A stretch of DNA of 64,000 nt from Candidatus Acidiferrales bacterium (GTDB lineage Bacteria; Acidobacteriota; Terriglobia; Terriglobales; Acidobacteriaceae). Below the pieces are notes generated by a model. The model was given only the letters and a program-made list of their open reading frames with translations, was not told the origin of the DNA and searched no databases. The DNA is taken from the NCBI GenBank assembly GCA_035603035.1, contig DATNLE010000379.1:11172-75171 (forward strand), written 5' to 3'. This document shows, piece by piece, positions 35,904-42,919 of the stretch (the first letter of the stretch is position 1; every line of letters starts with the position of its first letter). Made by a program: the position numbers and the translations under genes.

Positions 35904-36686
35904 ATGCGACCAATTCCCGCAAACGCACCGGTGATCGAATTTCGCGAGGTGGCCTATGTACTTCCTAACGGCCAGCCGTTACTTCGAGACCTGAATCTTC
36001 AAGTGCAACGCGGTGAGACTCTGGTTTTGCTCGGACGCAGCGGCTCCGGCAAAACCACCACTCTAAAACTGGTCAATCGTCTGCTGAACCCAAGTGGCGG
36101 GGAGGTGTGGGTGAACGGCGCGCCCAACGCGGAGACTGACGTGATTCGCCTGCGGCGAAGCATCGGCTATGTCATTCAGGATGTGGGCCTGTTCCCTCAC
36201 TTCACGGTAGAACGCAATATCGGTCTTGTTCCCCGGATCGAAGGTTGGCCGACCGACCGGATTCATCTGCGCGTGCAAGAGTTACTGCAGATAGTTGGGC
36301 TCGGTAGAGAGATTGTTTCGCGCTATCCTTACCAACTTTCCGGGGGACAGCGGCAGCGAGTGGGAGTGGCTCGTGCTCTCGCCGCCGACCCGTCGATCCT
36401 CCTGATGGATGAACCCTTCGGCGCACTCGACGCGCTGACCCGCGATCAATTGCAGCGTGAGTTTCTATTGCTGCAGGAGCGGCTAAACAAGACAGTAGTC
36501 TTCGTTACGCACGACTTGCGCGAAGCCTTACGGCTCGGTTCTCGCATAGCGCTGATGGAGGCGGGGCAGTTAGTTACAGTTCTTCCCCCGCAGGATTTCT
36601 TGCGATCGACTGACCCATTGGCAGCCGCCTATGTGCAAGCTTTCGGAGAAGGACTGAACTCGGTGGCAACTCGAGGATCGGAATGA
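35904..36686 (+). CDS. ABC transporter ATP-binding protein, osmoprotectant (YehX/OsmV-like, no CBS domains)
   Basis: The internal ATG 35904 is preferred. Walker A GRSGSGKTT, signature LSGGQRQR and Walker B LLMDEP are present. At 260 aa there is no room for the tandem CBS module. Confidence 0.85.
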   Translation: MRPIPANAPVIEFREVAYVLPNGQPLLRDLNLQVQRGETLVLLGRSGSGKTTTLKLVNRLLNPSGGEVWVNGAPNAETDVIRLRRSIGYVIQDVGLFPHFTVERNIGLVPRIEGWPTDRIHLRVQELLQIVGLGREIVSRYPYQLSGGQRQRVGVARALAADPSILLMDEPFGALDALTRDQLQREFLLLQERLNKTVVFVTHDLREALRLGSRIALMEAGQLVTVLPPQDFLRSTDPLAAAYVQAFGEGLNSVATRGSE

Positions 36687-37315
36687 ACGTCTTTCACTTC
36701 TTCTTACAGCATCACGAAGAAATTCTGGAACTCACGCTGGAGCATCTCTGGCTGGTAGGAATTTCCACGCTGCTGGCCGTGCTGATCGGCATTCCGCTTG
36801 GCATATTGAGCGCTCACTGGCCAGTGTGGAACAAACCGGTGTTGGGAACCGCGAACGTTATCCAGACGATTCCGAGTCTCGCGTTGTTCGGCTTTCTGCT
36901 GCCCGTGCCCTGGATCGGAGCCCGTGCCGACCGACTCGCCATCCTCGCTCTGACGCTTTACGCGCTTCTGCCCGTGATTCGCAATACCTATACAGGAATT
37001 CGCGGCGTCGATCCCTCCGTCGTCGAGGCTGGTCGCGGCATGGGACTTACCGGCCGCCAGCTCTTGTTTCAGGTGGAGCTGCCGCTGGCGGTAAGCGTGA
37101 TTCTTTCCGGTGTGCGGGTGGCGGTGGTCGTCTCCGTGGGCCTTGCCACCATTGCGGCCGCGATTGGAGCAGGCGGTTTGGGTGAGTTCATTTTTCGCGG
37201 GCTGGCCATGGTCAACAATCAGCTCATTCTGGCGGGAGCGATTCCCGCCGCCATACTGGCGCTAACTGCTGATTTTGGTTTGGGATGGCTGGAAAGGCGT
37301 CTGCAACCGCGATGA
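36683..37315 (+). CDS. ABC transporter permease (glycine betaine/choline type)
   Basis: 210 aa with a BPD-type permease pattern (IQTIPSLALFGFLLP, EAGRGMGLTGRQLLFQVELPLA). The start overlaps the upstream stop (ATGA). Confidence 0.85.
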   Translation: MNVFHFFLQHHEEILELTLEHLWLVGISTLLAVLIGIPLGILSAHWPVWNKPVLGTANVIQTIPSLALFGFLLPVPWIGARADRLAILALTLYALLPVIRNTYTGIRGVDPSVVEAGRGMGLTGRQLLFQVELPLAVSVILSGVRVAVVVSVGLATIAAAIGAGGLGEFIFRGLAMVNNQLILAGAIPAAILALTADFGLGWLERRLQPR

Positions 37316-38241
37316 AACGGGATCGCCAGGGAGTGTTTCGCCGCTCTTTGCAAGCGCGGCGACGAATTCGGACGTTTGCCGTTCTTGTCGCTCTGCTCCT
37401 TCCGTCTTGTGCGCCACCGCGTGCAAACCGCATCGTAATTGGCTCCAAGAACTTCACCGAGTCGCTGATGCTGGGCGAACTTCTCGCTCAGATGGTCGAG
37501 GCGCGCACGCTGCTGAAAGTCGACCGCCGCTTCTACCTGGCCGGAACTTACATCTGCCAGCAGGCCATGCTGGCGGGGCGCATAGATATCTATCCCGAAT
37601 ACACCGGCACCGCGCTCACGGCCATCTTGAAACAGAAAGTCGCCAGTGATCGCGCTGGAGTGTATCAGCGGGTGAAAAGCGAATATGAAACCCACTTTGG
37701 CCTTACCGTGAGCCCTCCGTTCGGATTCAACGATACGTTTGCCATGGAAATTCGGGGTGACGACGCGCACCGCCTGAATCTAAGAACTTTATCGCAAGCC
37801 TCCGCTTTCGCTCCGCAATGGCGCGCCGGATTTGGCTACGAATTTATGGAGCGTCCTGACGGTTATGCCGGATTGGCTGCCGCTTACGGCCTCCGCTTCG
37901 CCGCGCCACCCCGGGTCATGGATCTGGGCCTGCTCGCCCCGGCATTGAAAGATCATCAGATCGATATTGCTGCGGGCAACGCCACGGACGGCCTGATTCC
38001 AGCGCTCGATTTGTTCGTTCTCGAAGATGACCGCCACTATTTCCCTCCCTACGAAGCGGTCGCCGTGATCCGCCAGCAGACGCTGCAACAGCATCCAGAA
38101 GTCGGCGAAGCAATTGCGGAGTTAGGCGGTAAGATTTCCGATCAGGAGATGCAGAAATTAAATTACGCCCTCGATGGACAACGTCGCGATGCCAAAGATG
38201 TTGCGCACGACTTTCTGCGAAGCAAGGGATTAGTTCATTGA
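37312..38241 (+). CDS. Osmoprotectant ABC substrate-binding protein (OsmF/YehZ/OpuC-type)
   Basis: ATG 37312 overlaps the upstream stop. It has a signal/lipobox-like LLLPSC. IVIGSKNFTESLMLGELLAQMVE and YPEYTGTAL are typical of the OpuAC-fold binding proteins. Confidence 0.8.
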   Translation: MKRDRQGVFRRSLQARRRIRTFAVLVALLLPSCAPPRANRIVIGSKNFTESLMLGELLAQMVEARTLLKVDRRFYLAGTYICQQAMLAGRIDIYPEYTGTALTAILKQKVASDRAGVYQRVKSEYETHFGLTVSPPFGFNDTFAMEIRGDDAHRLNLRTLSQASAFAPQWRAGFGYEFMERPDGYAGLAAAYGLRFAAPPRVMDLGLLAPALKDHQIDIAAGNATDGLIPALDLFVLEDDRHYFPPYEAVAVIRQQTLQQHPEVGEAIAELGGKISDQEMQKLNYALDGQRRDAKDVAHDFLRSKGLVH

Positions 38242-38252
38242 GGCCTTTAAAT

Positions 38253-39041
38253 CTAAATCAGCAGTTCGCCGCGTAGGGTCAGCACCGCATGCCCTTTTAG
38301 GATCACTCGCTCCCCTTTGACTTCACACCACAGCTCTCCCCCACGCTCCGAGACCTGACGCGCGTGCAGGCTCGCCTTGTCCAGCCGCCGCCCCCAGTAG
38401 GGAGCCAGCGAACAGTGCGTCGAGCCGGTTACCGGATCTTCCGGAATGCCGTAGCTGGGCGCGAAATAGCGGGATACAAAATCGACATCCTTCCCGGGAG
38501 CGGTGATCGCAACTCCAGCAGGATGGAGTTCCTCAAGCATCCTGAGATCGGGACGGATGCTCCTTACATCTTCCTCGCGCTCATACACGGCAAAGTAGTT
38601 GTCTTCGATTTGCATGAGCTCGGCGGGAGCCTTCCGCAGCCCTCCCACCAATGCCGCCGGCGGGTCCAAGCAAGGCCAGGGGGCCAGGGCGGGGAAGTCC
38701 ATGGCGAGCAAATCCCCATCGCGAGAAACGGTGAGCGCACCGCTGAAACGGGTTTCGAAGCGCACCCGTTCCAGCCCGTGTGCAAGAACTTGCATCAGTA
38801 GAAAGGCAGACGCCAGGGTCGCATGCCCGCAAAGTTTTACTTCGCAGCTGGGTGTAAACCACCGCAGGTCATAGTGTTCGCCCCGTGGAACGAAATAAGC
38901 GGTCTCGGAAAGGTGGTTTTCTGCGGCGACCGAACGCAGTAAATCGTCATCTAACCACTCCACGAGCGGGCAAACCGCGGCCGGATTGCCTGCGAAAGGG
39001 CTGGTTGTAAAGGCGTCCACATGAAATATCGGGAGGGACAT
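38253..39041 (-). CDS. PhzF-family isomerase-like protein
   Basis: MSLPIFHVDAFTTSPFAGNPAAVCPL and the later LCGHATLA are PhzF-family hallmarks. The internal ATG 39041 is preferred over 39104. Confidence 0.8.
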   Translation of the reverse strand: MSLPIFHVDAFTTSPFAGNPAAVCPLVEWLDDDLLRSVAAENHLSETAYFVPRGEHYDLRWFTPSCEVKLCGHATLASAFLLMQVLAHGLERVRFETRFSGALTVSRDGDLLAMDFPALAPWPCLDPPAALVGGLRKAPAELMQIEDNYFAVYEREEDVRSIRPDLRMLEELHPAGVAITAPGKDVDFVSRYFAPSYGIPEDPVTGSTHCSLAPYWGRRLDKASLHARQVSERGGELWCEVKGERVILKGHAVLTLRGELLI

Positions 39042-39141
39042 CACCCTATGGTACTCGGAGGGAGACACGAATAGAATCGTCAGACCACTGGTCTCTATTT
39101 CCAAAGTCCACGTTGTAGGTCGTTAGATTTCGGAGATCCGC

Positions 39142-40509
39142 ATGCCTACTACTGATACCGAAGCTGCCGTTGGCCACGAACTGATCGAGCAATTATCACG
39201 TGCTCGTCAGCAAACGGATGATCTCTTCGCGATCGTGAATCCGGATTCGCTTTACGAACGGCCCATCGCCGAACGCCACCGCATCGTCTTTTACATCGGG
39301 CACCTCGAAGCTTTCGATTGGAATCTGTTGCAACCGGTGCTTGGGCTGAAAGCCTTCCATCCTGAGTTCGATCGGTTGTTCGCTTTTGGCATCGACCCCG
39401 TCGGGGGCGGATTGCCCACCGATCAAGCTTCACAGTGGCCTTCGATTGTCGCGGTCCATGACTACGTAAGAAAAATTCGAGGGCTCCTCGACCAAAAATT
39501 ACCGGAGGCGCTCGATTCCATTGGTGCCGGAAGGGATGGGTTTCCCCTTGCCACGCTGCTCAATGTTGCCAGCGAACATCGGCTCATGCACGCCGAGACT
39601 TTGGCCTACATGCTGCATCAGTTGCCGCTTGATCGGAAAGTCCGGCAGCCAAAATCGGCGGATCTCGTTACTCCCCCGCTCGATCATCGCAGTATAGAAA
39701 TTTCCGCTGGCTCCGTTACCCTCGGCCTGTCTCGCTCGCTCAATTCATTTGGTTGGGATAATGAGTTTGCCGCCCACAACGTCGATATCCCCGCGTTTGC
39801 CATTGACCGGTACAAGGTTACGAACCGGCAGTATCTGGAATTCATCGAGGCCGGCGGCTACGAATCTCGCTCGCTGTGGAGCGCCGATGGTAGCAAGGCC
39901 GAGGACACGGACACCGACAATGACTGGAACTGGAAATCCCGGCAAGGGATTTCTCACCCCGCCTTTTGGAAGCACGACGGAAACCAGTGGCTGTATCGGA
40001 CCATGTTCCATGATGTAGTGTTGCCGCTGGACTGGCCAGTCTATGTGAGCCAGGCGGAGGCGAAAGCTTACGCTAAATGGGCAGGGAAGTCGTTACCCAC
40101 TGAAGCCGAATGGCAGCGCGCCGCATACTCCACCCCGAATGACGATGGCAAAGAGCAACACTCTCCGTGGGGGAACGAAGCGCCTTCCTCTGAATTCGGC
40201 AACTTTGATTTCGCGCGCTGGAATCCCGTGCCGATAAATGCATTTCCCGCGGGTCAGAGTGGCTTCGGCGTTCAAGGCATGCTGGGCAATGGTTGGGAGT
40301 GGACGTCCACTGTATTCGCGCCTTTTCCTGGATTCGAACCGTTCCCGTTCTATCGCGGATACTCTGCCGATTTCTTTGATGGCAAACACTTCGTCATGAA
40401 AGGCGGATCGGCGCGCACCGCTGCATGCATGTTGCGGCCCACCTTCCGCAACTGGTTTCAGGCACACTACCAGTTTATCTACACCGGATTTCGTTGCGTA
40501 AGCCGCTGA
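39142..40509 (+). CDS. egtB: Ergothioneine biosynthesis sulfoxide synthase EgtB (DinB_2 + FGE-sulfatase domains)
   Basis: The N-terminal DinB-like HRIVFYIGHLEAFDW and a C-terminal FGE/SUMF1-like GNGWEWTS ... RGYSADFFDGKHFVMKGGS are present. It lies directly upstream of egtD. Confidence 0.85.
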   Translation: MPTTDTEAAVGHELIEQLSRARQQTDDLFAIVNPDSLYERPIAERHRIVFYIGHLEAFDWNLLQPVLGLKAFHPEFDRLFAFGIDPVGGGLPTDQASQWPSIVAVHDYVRKIRGLLDQKLPEALDSIGAGRDGFPLATLLNVASEHRLMHAETLAYMLHQLPLDRKVRQPKSADLVTPPLDHRSIEISAGSVTLGLSRSLNSFGWDNEFAAHNVDIPAFAIDRYKVTNRQYLEFIEAGGYESRSLWSADGSKAEDTDTDNDWNWKSRQGISHPAFWKHDGNQWLYRTMFHDVVLPLDWPVYVSQAEAKAYAKWAGKSLPTEAEWQRAAYSTPNDDGKEQHSPWGNEAPSSEFGNFDFARWNPVPINAFPAGQSGFGVQGMLGNGWEWTSTVFAPFPGFEPFPFYRGYSADFFDGKHFVMKGGSARTAACMLRPTFRNWFQAHYQFIYTGFRCVSR

Positions 40510-40531
40510 CTGGTCACCAAGGAGATGTCAA

Positions 40532-41500
40532 ATGCTCGTTCGCGCTATCACCGCCGACATAACCTATGAATTCGCAGCGGACGTTCGTGCCGGCCTTACC
40601 AAGCCCGGCCAGAAGGAACTGTTGTCGAAGTACTTGTACGACGATGTCGGCTCTGCGCTGTTCGAAGTGATCAGCCACCTGCCGGAATACGGTCTGACGC
40701 GTGCCGATGAGCGCCTGCTGCGCCGATATGCGAGTGATATTGTGGAGCGCCTTGCCACTCCGATTGCGGTTGCCGAGCTTGGCAGCGGCAGCGGAAAGAA
40801 AACTCGCCAGGTTCTCGAGGCTCTTTGTCGCCGCCAGCGTACGCGGTACTATCCGATCGAAATTTCTCCCACTGCTCTTGCCATGTGCGAGCGTGAACTC
40901 AGCGACATAGATTGCGTCAGCATACTGGGTTTCGAGCGAGAGTATCTCGACGGACTGCTCGAAGTGGCCGCGCAGCGGCGGCCTGGCCAGCATCTCCTGG
41001 TGCTTTTCCTGGGTAGCACGATCGGAAATTTCGATCGCATGGCCGGGCTCAAGTTCCTGAATCAGGTCCGCCGCATTCTGCAGCCCGGCGATTCGCTCCT
41101 GCTGGGCACCGATCTGGAAAAGCCGGCTGCCCAACTTCTCGCAGCCTACGACGACGAGTTGGGGGTTACGGCGGCCTTCAATCTAAATCTGCTGGCCCGC
41201 ATTAATCGTGAATTGGGTGGCGATTTTGATCTGGCACACTTCGAGCACGTGGCGAAAATCAATCACCACACACGCAGCGTCGAAATGCATCTCCGGTCCA
41301 GGCGCAGGCAGACGGTAAACATCGCCGCCGCGGAGCTTTCCGCCGAGTTTATGGAAGGCGAAACCATCTGGACCGAAAGCAGTCACAAGTATTCTCCCGA
41401 CGAAGTTGTTCGCATGGCCTCCACAGCGGGCTTTCGCTGCGATATCCAATGGATTGACGAGCAGTGGCCGTTCGCGGAAAATTTACTGATCGCGGAATAA
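40532..41500 (+). CDS. egtD: L-histidine N-alpha-methyltransferase EgtD
   Basis: KYLYDDVGSALFEVISHLPEYGLTRADERLL, ELGSGSGKKT (SAM motif) and FLGSTIGNF fit EgtD. Confidence 0.85.
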   Translation: MLVRAITADITYEFAADVRAGLTKPGQKELLSKYLYDDVGSALFEVISHLPEYGLTRADERLLRRYASDIVERLATPIAVAELGSGSGKKTRQVLEALCRRQRTRYYPIEISPTALAMCERELSDIDCVSILGFEREYLDGLLEVAAQRRPGQHLLVLFLGSTIGNFDRMAGLKFLNQVRRILQPGDSLLLGTDLEKPAAQLLAAYDDELGVTAAFNLNLLARINRELGGDFDLAHFEHVAKINHHTRSVEMHLRSRRRQTVNIAAAELSAEFMEGETIWTESSHKYSPDEVVRMASTAGFRCDIQWIDEQWPFAENLLIAE

Positions 41501-41634
41501 CCTGCATCATGGTAATGCTTTCCCGCTGTTTCCTGTCGCGGTTGCGCCTTTGGTGTGGAACTTCTTATCTTCGAAGTAAAACTTTGTAAATCCCACATTT
41601 TGTGCGGCCTAGCAATGTAGATTATAGGAGCGAT

Positions 41635-42834
41635 ATGAACGAAGTCAGCAAACGGATCCTGATCTTCGCGCTCGGCCTTGCTTCGTTTTTCGTCCTCTCT
41701 GGTGCGATGTTGTCCAGACAGTCGACTCAGGAAGGCTCCGCTACAGGAGCCGCCACTCGACGGATTGGCGCGGTCAAAGCCGTCAATGGCACGGTGATCA
41801 CTCTCACTCCGGATTCTGGATCCGATCTCAAGGTCACGGTGCAGCCGGCAACAAGAATTGTCCGTATTGCGCCGGGCGAGAAAGATCTGAAGAATGCCAC
41901 GCCGATTCAGTTGCAGGATGTGCAGGTGGGCGATCGCGTTCTGGTCGGTGGCAAGGTGTCTGACGATAACCTATCGCTGGTCGCGTCATCGGTTGTAGTG
42001 ATGAAGCGATCCGATCTCGAAGCGCGGCACGAGCAGGATCTGCAGGACTGGCAGAAGCGTGGAACAGATGGACTCGTCAAAACCGTGGATGTGGCTGCAG
42101 GGACCCTGACAATTTCCGCGCGGGGCAAAGATGTTGTTCTTCATACTTCAAAAAATACAGTGATCCGCCGCTACGCTCCCGACTCCGTGAAATTCGACGA
42201 CGCTAAGACCAGCACGCTGGAGGAAATTCATCCCGGCGATCAGGTGCGTGCTCGCGGCGACCGCAGCGCCGATGGGACCGCATTGACGGCGGATGAAATT
42301 GTTTCGGGAACATTCCGCAATTTTGCCGGAACGGTCATTTCCGTTGATGCAAGTTCCTCGACGCTAAGCGTTCACGATTTATTGTCGAAGAAAACTTTGG
42401 TGATCAAAATCACTTCAGACTCGCAGCTTCGGCATTTGCCCCCGGAGATGGCTGAAATGATGGCCAAGCGCTTAAAGGGAGCGAGTGCCGCGGCCATGTC
42501 GGGTGGCTCGTCTACATCAGGCTCGAACGTGAGCGACCAGAATGGCCGTTCAGCAGGCCCTCCGGGAGGAAACGGAGCAGGGGCACGTGCGGGGGGTGCC
42601 CCGGATTTGCAGCGGATTATCAATCGAGTGCCGGCGGGGTCACTGGCTGATCTGCACAAAGGCGATGCTGTGGTCATTCTCTCAACAGAGGGCACAGCTT
42701 CGGGACCGAGTACTGCGATCGAACTGGTAAGCGGCGTCGAACCTATATTGCAAGCCGCGCCCAATGCTGGCCAAGCCATGATGCTTGCACCGTGGAGCTT
42801 AGGAGCTCCGGCCGCGGACAGCGGCGGGCCATAA
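41635..42834 (+). CDS. Secreted repeat protein (DUF5666-like modules, Gly/Ser/Ala-rich spacer)
   Basis: AGGAG lies 5 nt upstream of ATG 41635, and a signal/anchor ILIFALGLASFFVLSGA follows. Three modules are repeated, each ending in h-x-x-GD-x-V (VQVGDRVLV, IHPGDQVRA, LHKGDAVVI). Confidence 0.6.
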   Translation: MNEVSKRILIFALGLASFFVLSGAMLSRQSTQEGSATGAATRRIGAVKAVNGTVITLTPDSGSDLKVTVQPATRIVRIAPGEKDLKNATPIQLQDVQVGDRVLVGGKVSDDNLSLVASSVVVMKRSDLEARHEQDLQDWQKRGTDGLVKTVDVAAGTLTISARGKDVVLHTSKNTVIRRYAPDSVKFDDAKTSTLEEIHPGDQVRARGDRSADGTALTADEIVSGTFRNFAGTVISVDASSSTLSVHDLLSKKTLVIKITSDSQLRHLPPEMAEMMAKRLKGASAAAMSGGSSTSGSNVSDQNGRSAGPPGGNGAGARAGGAPDLQRIINRVPAGSLADLHKGDAVVILSTEGTASGPSTAIELVSGVEPILQAAPNAGQAMMLAPWSLGAPAADSGGP

Positions 42835-42919
42835 CAATCCCGAGCGCAAACACAATCACTCACAGTCAGGCTAACGCGGTGGCTCTTTCTTGAGAACGGG
42901 ATCATAAACGGGATCATAG

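Noticed and set aside
39641-39660. GGAAAGTCCGGC, reminiscent of the RNase P RNA conserved region
   Set aside because: It lies inside the egtB coding frame with no surrounding RNase P structure, so I treat it as coincidental.
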